A stretch of DNA of 63,771 bases, counting the filler. It is 14 parts of 14 records of this genome, joined end to end, with 100 filler letters (N's around TTAATTAATTAA, not from the genome) between each part and the next. Parts side by side here need not be neighbours in the genome. Positions count along the whole stretch, not along the records: positions 1 to 5,169 come from SRR15195285_9340; positions 5,270 to 8,361 come from SRR15195285_9350; positions 8,462 to 13,039 come from SRR15195285_9352; 11 more parts are not named here. The stretch is one strand, 5' to 3'. The notes beneath the pieces were generated by a model. That model saw only the letters and a list, made by a program, of their open reading frames with translations, had not been told where the DNA came from and ran no database searches. How positions within the stretch are numbered: position 1 is the first letter of the stretch; each line of letters starts with the position of its first letter. A program made the position numbers and the translations under genes. Positions 1-10,019 of this stretch are shown piece after piece.

Positions 1-2
1 CG

Positions 3-29
3 GAGCCAGAGCCAGAGCCGGAGCCAGAG
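3..29 (+). repeat. (GAGCCR)n coding repeat = Glu-Pro dipeptide run at the contig start
   Basis: gagccagagccagagccggagccagag; similar runs at ~12510-12560, 46822-46851 and 52072-52100. Confidence 0.9.
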
Positions 30-3000
30 CTGACGAAGAAGCAGAAGAAGGCTGCGGCGAAGGAGGCAGCCAAGCTCGACGCCGAAACGGGGGGCGCCGC
101 GAGCCCGAAAGCCACGGTGAGTGCGAACGATCCAAAGGTCATCTGGGAGGGGGCTGTGCAAACGGAGGAGGATAGGAAGGGCAAGCTCAAGTTTCTCAAG
201 ACCTATGCGGTCGTCTACAACGGCGGCCTGGACACGAAGGCCGGCTGGCGGCCACGTCTCGAGATCTACGAGAAGGAGAAGGACAGGAAGGACGGTGCGA
301 AGGAGCCACTGCACACGATAGATCTGAACGGTGCCCTCGTCGGCGCAGACAAAGAGAAAGAAAAGGGGAAGACTTTGTTCTCAGTGCTCGACGCCAACGG
401 GACACCACTGGTCAAACTCAAAGCGTTTAAGAAGACGGAGGATGAGGTGGACGAATGGACTACGCGTATCGACGGTGTTGCGCAGCCGAGCGACACGTTC
501 AATGCAGCAGCGGCCTTCTCAAAGGAGGAGGATGAGGCGTTAGCCGCAGAGGCCACAGCCGCTAAAGAAATGGAAGATATTGTGGTCGCACAGGGCGTCC
601 TAAAACAGGCAGAGGACAAGGTCGAGGGGTTGAAAGTAGAACTTGCCGATGTGGAGAATTTGAAGCAGGAAGCAGCTGATGATCCCGATCTGCTGGCGGA
701 GATAGTCGCGGACATCGAACGCCTTAGCAGAGAACTGAGCGAGGCAGAATCTGCCGTGGCGCATGCTAAGTCCGAGTTGCAGCGCGAAATAGCGGAGGCG
801 GCAGCGGCAGAGGAGATCGCCCACAGGGAACGTGCGGAAGCCGAAGAGGCTCAAGAGAACTATAGCAAGGTGCGAACGGCCGCAGAGGAGCAACATGCAG
901 CAGCAGAGCAGCAGCTACTCGCCCAACGTGACGAGCAAGGGGCCGGTGGAGTTGGGAGCACAGCGCTCGATGAGCTATCCCATGTGCCAGAGGAGCGGCG
1001 GTCATATCTGCAGTGGTTGTTTCAGCACAAATATGATGCGGAGAACCGCGGAAGCATCGAGACTAGCTTAGTCGAACGTGTGCTGTGCGTTGCCTCGGAA
1101 TTCTGCAAGCTGGCTGCAATGCACACACTACTGCTAGCTCATACTGTCAGTTCGGCCAGCGCGGTGCCCTACAGCTATAATACATTGTTGGGTTCGGGCA
1201 TGGTTTGTGCAGGTACGACGTCGGCATTATCCCCCGCAGCCGTAGGGTTGCTCCTTACCTCGCTGATCTGTTGGCCAAGGGAGGACGATACCGTGATGGC
1301 GTCTCCGATGTGTTGCTTGCAAACATTGCGCACCAGCAGGAGGCCATCCATGACGCCGAACTGCTGAAAGAGAAGGAAGGAAAGGCAAGCTTCATGGCGC
1401 GAAATCTCGAGCTGAAGCTAAAGGATGATATTGGCAAACTCCCAGCCGATGCGTCTGAAGTCGCTGACTTACGGGCACAGATGACGGAGGCAGCGAACAA
1501 AGTCCACGCTGCAGAAGAGCGCGAGGCAGTTGCACAGCGTGCACGGATTGTGGCAGAAGAGGAGCTGCGCAAGGCTAAGGCGGAAGAAGCAGAGGATCGA
1601 ATCTCCTTCGCCGAGTTTGATCCATGGTTTTCAGAGCACGAGGCGCTCCTCTTCGAGGAAGAGATCCGATCACTGTCTGTCTACAGCGAAACGATTCGGT
1701 CGGCCATAATGCACTTCCAAGAATACGACACAGATTTGGTTGGCGAGCTGCCGCCTCAGGAATTTCGTCTAATGTGTGAGTCGATGAAATGGGAGCCCGA
1801 GGACATTGAGGAAAGCGTTGAGATGATGCGCCGTACCGAGGATGGTCGGATCTCCTTGCCGCATTTTGTGAGTTGGTACACGGACGACGGAATGATTCAC
1901 AACGTTTTCGCAGCATTTGACAGGGATGATGACCAGAAGTTGCATTTTGACGAGTTTGCGGAGCTCTGCGAGCACCAGAGCACGGTTCAGTTGCGCCCTG
2001 ATGACGTGCAGGAACTATTCAATGGCTACGACTGCACACAGAGTGCCGCGGCCTCATCGGACGACTCTCTGCCTGTTGGCGAATGGCTAGAGGGAGTTGG
2101 GTTCGCTGAATACGCAGAGGCGTTCGTAAGTCAGGGATTCGATACGCTTGCGTCTATCCGTGGCGCTGGGTTAGATGATGCTGATCTACGTGATATTGGT
2201 GTCGGAAAGCTGCGTCACCGCAAAGCAATTCTGTCGCTGGTATCGCAAGAGGGGTACCTACAGCCGCAGGATTTGAAGCGATTATTTCTAAAGGCACAGC
2301 AGAGCAAGGTCAATCGCGAGCAGCTGCAGCTACAGATGCAAGGGCAGCTAGAGCGCTGGTTACCCGCAGAGGAGCAGTACCGGGATGGCACCCGCTGGAA
2401 ACAGTGCTATGTCACTGTATGGCTCGCAGGGGCCGCTGCCAAGCTCACTATCTACGAGAACGAGGAGACCTACAAACAGCTCTGCGACAACGTCATTGTA
2501 CAGTGGGTCGAAGAGCCGCCTCCAGGATCGCAGCCAGGGTTACGCCCCGGAGAGTCGATGGAGCTCATACATGCCTCTGCCGCAGCGGTTGTCACCAGAC
2601 AGACGCCATCCGGCCCACAGGACGTGGCAGTGCCCCACGGGGCCATCAGCGCTGAGCACAGGCTTTTTGTTGTAGAGGATCGCAAAAATGGGACCAAGAT
2701 GAAGTTTCGTATGAGCTCATCTCAAAGTTTGCTGAGTTGGGTCCGAACGATCAACGACGTTGCAGTCCGAGGCACCGCCGGTTACGAGGAGGTTGAAGCG
2801 AGGATCATAGGCGGACGACGCGCTCAGCAAGAGCGGCGCGAGAGGCACAACCACAGCCATCATCACCATCACCACAGCTCTCGGATACATGAAGGCAGCA
2901 GTAGTCGATCAAAGAGTAGATCCAGTAAGGATCATGCATCTCGTAGGCAACACGGTGACAGCAGTCGACGGCGAACTACGAGTCGGAGCAGCAGCAACCG

Positions 3001-3034
3001 CGGCGGAATCATGTCACACGCCGACCACAGGTAG
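3..3034 (+). CDS. Multidomain signalling/scaffold protein, 5'-truncated: (EP)n - PH - coiled coil - EF-hands - SAM - PH - His/Ser/Arg-rich tail; intron 1085..1212
   Basis: ORFs 117..1367 and 1205..3034 join in frame across a GTGCGT...TGCAG intron (ERVL|YDVG). PH-like start and end (VIWEG...KTYAVV...EVDEWTTRI; WKQCYV...LLSWVRTI), EF loops DTDLVGELPPQE and DRDDDQKLHFDE, SAM-like VGEWLEGVGFAEYAEAFVSQGFD...DLRDIGVGKLRHRKAIL. Confidence 0.75.
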
Positions 3035-3725
3035 GCAATTTCAATTGTTGTGCGCTACATCCCCTGTGGTTTTGTAAATTTGAACGCTCTTTTGATCATG
3101 AGGCTGATGTCGAGTCGATGTATCGCGTGCGAAACTCTTGGTGATGTGATGCGATCCTGTTGTTCTACGACGTCCAACAGCTATAGCAACCCACCGGAAG
3201 GACATCCACCTCCCTCGGGGGCATCAAGTCCTGTGTCCGATTCACGACGCCGATCACGACACGGAGGCGTTGCTGGTACGTCGCGCAGCCCATACCCTGA
3301 ACCTTGAACGTGTGTGCGCTGAGAAGATCTGTGTGGGCTCTGAGAAGATCTTATTCGCGCTTTATCTGTATCATTGCTTCTTCCTGTGGCTGATCAGGGA
3401 CGCCGCGAGACAGTTTACGTGGGATGGGACCCCCGATGATGCCGCCCACTCCCGGAGCGTTTGATGCCGCTCGACAGGCCAGAGCTCAGCCTGATCATGA
3501 TCCGCGGAGGCGCAGCAGGCACGGTGGCGGCGGCACGCCACGCAGCGTGACTGTGGAGCAAGTATCTTTCTACTGACTTGACCGGCACTGGCTGCTGCCT
3601 AGGAGACCTCTTAGCATAGGCGCTTGGCCAGTTTAATGCGCGCTGGGCGAGTGTCGCATTTTCATTGCAGCCGTCAGGCACTCTGCCATCGTACTGCCAC
3701 TTGCCTGACTGGTGTCTCAGTCAAA

Positions 3726-4803
3726 TCAGTCCTCTGACCCGCCCCTGAGCAATAGCTCCAGCTGTGCATGTATCTTTGGTCCTATCCTCGACGCTAACTC
3801 CAGCATCTCAACCATCACTGTAGGCTCCAGTGCACCAACCCCTGCAAGACAACCATCGCCAGCAGAGCCAGCAGTTAACCGCCAAGCACCCACGCGGGAA
3901 GGACGACCGACATGGAGTGGAACCGCAAATCATGTGACGCACCGCGTTTCTGGACGCCTGCTGGATTTCCGCTCGGCGACACACCTACAGACAGCTGCGC
4001 CGACGCGACAGCTTCCTCTTCTAAGCTCGCGTCGGCGATCGTCCGAGTGCCGACCCTGCTGAGAGTGATGCACAGCGGGAGCTGGTTCTCCGCCGCGCCG
4101 TCTACGACTCCTGGTGTCGGCACGAGCAGTGTAGAATCATAAGGATCATCGGACACCTCCAGCTCTGCGCCACCTCTTCTGCCCTCCTCGCTGTTCTGCA
4201 GCACCGTGACCTTCGGGATCCGAGTATCGCACAGAGCAGACTTAACCGCGATACCAATGTGGTCAAGCAGATTTCCACCCGTCTCCAGCACAAGCACATC
4301 TACGTAGACCACCCAGACCTGCGCGTTCTCCACGATGCAGAGCTTCGTGAGGTCGATAGCCGGGCTGTCCCCATAGATGCGCTCGAGGATATGCTCGAGT
4401 TCACTATTGATGTCGTCCACATTCCGGCCCTGAAATTCTGGCGACGCCACTGCGCAGCTGCGGGCAGGAACAATCGGCGTTGAGCGCACACTGCACGGGT
4501 GACAGTGCCCAAGACGGTTCGCGATGGCGGTGGAGCGCACCAGTCGACGGAGAAGTTGAGGTAACCCTCGCCAGGCTGCTCGCGCTTGGGCTCGGCGATC
4601 TCGAGCTTAACACCAACCACGATGTCGGTCTGCGAATGCGGGCAGCGCAGCCTCGCGGAGCCATTAGTTTGCGGCGCAAGGCCCGTCTCAACCTCGAAGC
4701 TGCGAAAGTCGTGACGCCCCCGCCCATCTGCGCGCAGCCCTTGATCCACCCCGCGCAGCAGGAACTCGCGCTCGCTCGCAGACAGCCGCACGCCGCCACT
4801 CAT
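3726..4803 (-). CDS. RRP42: Exosome complex RNase PH-like subunit RRP42/EXOSC7; introns 4458..4540 and 3842..3942
   Basis: LSASEREFLLRGVDQGLRADGRGRHDFR, TNGSARL, IVVGVKLEI, SPEFQGR, WVVYVDVLVLETGGNLLD, IADASLEEE. The introns restore one frame ending ...LLRGGSED*. Confidence 0.9.
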
Positions 4804-5169
4804 ACCGCCCCCGCCCCCGCCAATGGCCACTGCCTGCCCCTCAGCTCCAGCTAGCAGCCTATCCGGCTGGCGTTCCTCCGAAAGCTCGCTCGCTGCCCCC
4901 GGAGCGGCCGCTCAGCTTAGCACGCGGGCAAAACAGTAGGGGCCCGCAACACCGAAAACACAGGCCCGTAGCGCCTGCAGCGCACGTTGGGCAGGTACCG
5001 TCTACACTATACTCTGGAGTAGTGCAGTCCTCTTCGATGAAGCCCCCCCGGGCGGCTGGTATCCAGCGGCAGCGCGCCTTATCTTCTAATCTGTTCATGC
5101 ATGAGATGCCCGGCGCCGAGGCTCGGTGCACCGCCCACTAGCGATACTGGCCGACGTGATTTGGCGGTA

Positions 5170-5269
5170 NNNNNNNNNNNNNNNNNNNNNNNNNNNNNNN
5201 NNNNNNNNNNNNNTTAATTAATTAANNNNNNNNNNNNNNNNNNNNNNNNNNNNNNNNNNNNNNNNNNNN
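5170..5269. other. Artificial contig spacer (44 N + TTAATTAATTAA + 44 N); first of 13
   Basis: Identical spacers at 8362-8461, 13040-13139, 16763-16862, 19870-19969, 26204-26303, 33296-33395, 39794-39893, 42910-43009, 46852-46951, 51972-52071, 56817-56916 and 60321-60420. TTAATTAATTAA gives stops in all six frames. Confidence 0.98.
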
Positions 5270-5299
5270 GAGCGTTCCAGATTCCAGGCTCTGATGCAT
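5270..5299 (+). repeat. Left arm of a perfect 30-bp inverted repeat bounding contig 2
   Basis: GAGCGTTCCAGATTCCAGGCTCTGATGCAT; the exact reverse complement is at 8332..8361. Confidence 0.95.
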
Positions 5300-8200
5300 A
5301 TCGCTGGCCGGGCCGTCGCTACCGCTGTAGTACGACGCGCCACTTGAGGGGTACGAGGCGCCACTTGAGGTCCCAGACTCGAGCATCTCAAACATGGATA
5401 GGATTTTCCTCGCAACATGAGCGGAGTTGGAATCCGACGTGCCCACCACGGCGAGCTCGCGGCGCTCGCCGTCCCACATTCTCTGCACCGGCAAGCGGAC
5501 CTCCCAGCCGCCCTCCTCCCATCGATCTAGCAGTTGGGTTGTGAGGTGGCGTCGTTCTTCCGCTGTGCTTGCACACACGATCCTGTCAAAATGACCGTCG
5601 CGCAAGTTCTTGTCGATGAATCTTTGAGTGTTGGGCGGCGCAGCCGAGAGCTCACCCACTGTTGGCCAGAGATCTGTACCCACTCCTCCCTCGATCAGAC
5701 GAATGTATTCCAAGAGCTTCTGCGTGCATTCGGTGTCAATATCATCCAATTCTTCTGTTAGACTGACTTCCTCCCTCTCACCGATTAGAATCCGACTAAT
5801 CGGGTCTGCCAGCATTAGCCCCCGGCTCTCTAGAGCACCGTAAATGTGCGCCATAAGTCGGTCCCTGTCGCCCTGGCTCGTATACGACGTCGGCGAGGTG
5901 GCTAACTTTGCAGCGACGCGAAGGGTAGTGTCGCACTGCTCCAAGGCACGCTTCGCTTGCCGCTGCCTTTCAGGCGTGCGCTCGACCGTCTCGACAGTCA
6001 GGGACAGAATGTGACGAAGAACGTGGGTGTCTTGGATGTCGGCATCAGCAGCCACGACCTGAATGTCGCGCTCGCCAGCCCAGATGCGTTTGATGCCTTC
6101 CCTTATGCACCAGCCCTGCCGCTCCAGGTCTGCAATTAGCTCCATCATCACCGCGCCTTTCTCCGCTTCGACTCCACCGGGACAAAACCGTGGATTAGTT
6201 GCTTTAGCGACAGCTGGAACTGCTAGCTGCGCAATGCGTTTCCATTCTACCTCACGCCGAGTAATAAGGTCTTTAGTCACCTTGGTGGGCTCTGCCTCTG
6301 CCTCTGCACCAAGCAGCACTTCCCACTTCGGCCACGTTGGTGCGAGACACTCTTCCCTGTTGCCAACAAAAGACAACACTTTGCGCACGGCAGCGGCGTC
6401 GATGTGGTCGAGCGATGCGCACAGGCTCTGCGCATCCCTGGCCCCATCGAAAATGCGACTGATTGGTGTGTACAGCTGCACTTGCTGGGCCTCAAAGCGC
6501 TTTTTCACGTGCTGCAAAAGCCCGGCACGGCCTCGGTCACGATTGTCAGAGGGTAGCTCGACTGCCAGACGTGCGGCAACCTGGAGCTCGACCAGCATCT
6601 TGCCGAGTGCCTCCTGTACCTTCTCTGACATGTCCTCAATTTCCTCAATTTCCTCTGGTCTCGTCCGGTCTGGAGGTCGCTCCACTACACCCTCCAAGAC
6701 CTTGCCAATTAGAGCGCGCGTGTTTGCATCGCAGCCGTCGGCGAGCTTATCGAGGTCCCGTTCGCCAGCCCACAAGAGACGCATTGGTCTCAGAAGGAGC
6801 CAGCCAGCCTCCTCTAAAGGTTGAAGGATCTTTGCTGTAGCGTGCTCTCTTTCTTGTACGTGTCCGCCAGGGCAAAATCTAGGCTCAGTAGCGTTGGCAA
6901 CAGCTGGCACTGCCAGCTGCGCAATGCGCCTGAACTCGGCCTTGCGTGCCTCAAACAGGTCCATCACTGCGGGACTCAACTCGCTGACTGACGCGCTGGG
7001 GGCACTAGTATAGTCGCTACATTGTACTTCTAAGAAGAGGACCAGACGCTCCGCTTCAATTGCTCGCACCTCTGGGCTTAATGCCATCTGTTTTGAAACA
7101 GCTTGTTCATAAGGGTCGTCAGCAGCACCTCTCGTGCCAGCCCAGCAGTTCCGCGCGACCTGCAAAAGGGTAGGATCGGTGCTGAGTACACTTTCAAGCT
7201 GCCCCTGCATCTCGCGTCGCCACTGGTCCGTACCAGCTTGGGCCAAGTGCGCGATGAGCACGAAGAGGGGACTGTCGGCTGCCGACTGCTGCACCTGCGC
7301 ATGGTATGAATCACCGACGACCTTGACGAGCTGAAGCACCAGACCAAGAAGTTTGCCGGTGCTCTGATTTACGCCGCGTTGGATTGCACTGTGATCTCGC
7401 GTACCAGCGAAGATGGACTGGATGCCTGACGCGATCTGAAAATGCTCGCTTTCCACAAATCGCACAAAGGTATCAAGTACAAAATTTCTCGCACTTCTCT
7501 CGAGTTTGGAGTCTGTAGTTGTATTCGTGGTCCGTGCAAGCATGGCGATTGCATAGAAGTCTTTATACCGCTCGTCAAACAAAGCTTCGTAGCGTTCTGG
7601 CGACCGATGTGTTTGTGCCGCCTCGATCTGTGAAAGCGGCGAGGCTGCCTTGTCAAGGATATCTACCAGCAGTGCGATAGGTGGTTCAGGAAGGCCAGCA
7701 ACGATGGTGTATAGGTCTATGGGTTCGCCGGTCATCAGCCGCTCGACCCCAGCACTGAGGCATTTCAAGGCAGTGGTAGAATGGGTGTGATGCAAGATCT
7801 TCGCTCTCGCCACGTCCCGGGCCACTCCAGGAGGCCGGTTGATGACCATCGCAACATCTCTGGTGAACCACGCGAAGTCCTTCGTATACATCCTGACATT
7901 AGCATCAGTGTAGTTAACGCGGTCGCGAATGCCCTCTGCCACAGCTGGGACGGAACTTGGCTCTGGACTCAAGCTTTCGCTGCCATCTGAGTACAAGTCT
8001 AGGTCGCCCGTGGACTCGAAGTCGTCTGCGTCATCTTGCTCACGTTCGCTGGTAATTCCCACCATGCTGCTATGCAATCCTCTGTGCTTGCGTGCAGCTG
8101 CAGCCTTCTTTGTACGCTCGACTTGAATCACGAGCTTCTTGGCACAAGAGTCATCAGAATCTTCTTCGCACATCCTAACGGCCGCCGGACTTGTCAGCAG

Positions 8201-8361
8201 GCGTGTAATGGTGCCGTGAAAGCTGATGGCTCCTGTTAGCAAATGAGTTGCGCGCAGCCGCGGTGAGCGTTTGAGAGACGAAATAATGTCTTCGACGGCT
8301 GCCTGTACCGCGCGATGGCCTGGACTACCGGATGCATCAGAGCCTGGAATCTGGAACGCTC
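5270..8361 (-). CDS. Uncharacterised helical repeat protein (>1000 aa, open at both contig ends) with 5-6 'W.GERD'-type repeats
   Basis: ORF 5222..8242 has no stop before the spacer and stays open upstream to 8361 (AFQIPGSDASG...). Duplicated block RIAQLAVPAVA.AT.PRFCPGG. Confidence 0.7.
8332..8361 (-). repeat. Right arm of the 30-bp inverted repeat bounding contig 2
   Basis: ATGCATCAGAGCCTGGAATCTGGAACGCTC is the reverse complement of 5270..5299; the next inner base pair mismatches. Confidence 0.95.
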
Positions 8362-8643
8362 NNNNNNNNNNNNNNNNNNNNNNNNNNNNNNNNNNNNNNN
8401 NNNNNTTAATTAATTAANNNNNNNNNNNNNNNNNNNNNNNNNNNNNNNNNNNNNNNNNNNNCCACTCAACCTGGGCACTGCTGCAGTCTCACCGCCGACA
8501 CCGGCGCGCAGGCGTGTTCGCACCCGGTGTGGGTTGCTATACATATGTACTATTCATAGTCGTATGCTATATAACTGGGCGCGCGCGCGGGGTCGCAGAG
8601 CTCTGTGGCGTGGGTCACGCAGCTGAGCTACGCCGGCCACGCG

Positions 8644-9999
8644 ATGCGTCGATGCTCAGGAGGGGGATTCCAGTGCAGTCCAGCGCTGTGCCCTGCACTC
8701 CGCCGCGCTGCCACACCTGCTGCCTGCTGTGCTGCAGGCTCATGCTTTCAGGAGAACAGCCAGCAGCAGCCTGCACGCAGACCCGCTGCGGTCAGAATGA
8801 GTGGCGGCAGTCAGCGCAGGTGGCTGTCTGCGCTGCAGGCTGGTCCCAAGCTGAGCACGAACCTCTCCTGCGGCCTCGTAGGTCTGCCCAACGTAGGCAA
8901 AAGCACGATCTTCAACGCGCTTACTTCGATGCAAGTGCCCGCGGAGAACTATCCGTTTTGCACCATTGACCCACATGTCGGAATGGTGGAGGTGCCAGAC
9001 AGTCGGCTGGATGCACTGCAGGCGCTGAGCCAGAGCAAGAAGGCGATGCCTGCTGCGATGCAGTTTGTCGACATCGCCGGCCTCGTGAAGGGCGCGTCCG
9101 AGGGTGCCGGGATGGGCAATGCGTTCCTGCAGAATATCAGGGACGTTGATGCGATCCTTCACCTCGTGCGGTGCTTCGACAGCCCAGATGTGGTTAGGGC
9201 AGATGGCGAGATAAAGACGATAGTTGATCCAGCAGGAGATGCTGGCGTGATCGATACCGAGCTACTGCTTAGCGACCTTCAAACAATGGAGCGTGCGCTG
9301 GGTAAACTCAAGCGAAGGGCGGACCCGGAGCTCGCAGGCGCGCTCGAGTATACTCTGGAGGCTCTGCAGTCGGGAGTTCCTGTCCGACACTTGGAACTAG
9401 AACCCGAGGCCGCTCTGGCACTACGTCCGTACAATTTGCTCACTGCAAAGCCGGTGCTCTATCTCACAAACATTGGACTAGGGGACGACCCAGACCCGAC
9501 GAACAACGCGCATGTTGCAGCGCTGCACGAGTACGCAGCGAGCGATGGCGGAGGTGCACCTGTGGCAGCGGTGTGTGCAGTGCTGGAGGAGGAGCTGATG
9601 CAAATGGATGATGCAGCCGAGCGCAGCGAGTTCCTCACAGAGCTTGGGCTCCTATCAGAAGGAGATGCCAGCGAAGGTGGAGACGGTGGGAACGGACTCG
9701 CACTAGGCGTGGTCGTCAGGGCTGCCTATAAACTGTTGGATCTGCAGACTTTCTTTACTACTGGGCCGCAGGAATCACGAGCCTGGCGTGTGCGTGTGGG
9801 TGGTGACGCTACTGCAGCGGCATCTGTCATCCACACCGACATAGGGAAGAACCTTGTTAAGGCGGAGATCGCCTCCTTTGATGTCCTAATGGAAGACGGT
9901 GGCTGGACTGAGGCGAAGTCAGCAGGGCACGTGCGCACAGAGGCAAAGGACTACATTATGGAAGACGGAGATGTGTGCCACTTTTTACACAGTAATTAA
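8644..9999 (+). CDS. ychF: Obg-family ATPase YchF/OLA1 with N-terminal extension (probable mitochondrial presequence); intronless
   Basis: CGLVGLPNVGKST, AENYPFCTIDP, FVDIAGLVKGASEGAGMGNAFL, TFFTTGPQESRAW, VIHTD, KDYIMEDGDV. First in-frame ATG is at 8644, followed by an Arg/Ala/Ser-rich leader. Confidence 0.93.
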   Translation: MRRCSGGGFQCSPALCPALRRAATPAACCAAGSCFQENSQQQPARRPAAVRMSGGSQRRWLSALQAGPKLSTNLSCGLVGLPNVGKSTIFNALTSMQVPAENYPFCTIDPHVGMVEVPDSRLDALQALSQSKKAMPAAMQFVDIAGLVKGASEGAGMGNAFLQNIRDVDAILHLVRCFDSPDVVRADGEIKTIVDPAGDAGVIDTELLLSDLQTMERALGKLKRRADPELAGALEYTLEALQSGVPVRHLELEPEAALALRPYNLLTAKPVLYLTNIGLGDDPDPTNNAHVAALHEYAASDGGGAPVAAVCAVLEEELMQMDDAAERSEFLTELGLLSEGDASEGGDGGNGLALGVVVRAAYKLLDLQTFFTTGPQESRAWRVRVGGDATAAASVIHTDIGKNLVKAEIASFDVLMEDGGWTEAKSAGHVRTEAKDYIMEDGDVCHFLHSN

Positions 10000-10019
10000 A
10001 TTGAATTTCGTCAACTTGA

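Noticed and set aside
117-3034. Programmed frameshifts or pseudogenes suggested by overlapping ORFs (also GH27, sulfatase, K+ channel)
   Set aside because: In each case I traced, GT-AG introns restore the frame.
3050-3720. Short ORFs between the PH/SAM gene and RRP42
   Set aside because: No recognisable motif, start context or consistent splice model.
5270-8361. Autonomous DNA transposon
   Set aside because: Inverted ends are present, but I found no DDE, HUH or recombinase motifs, and the flanks are unavailable for a target-site check.
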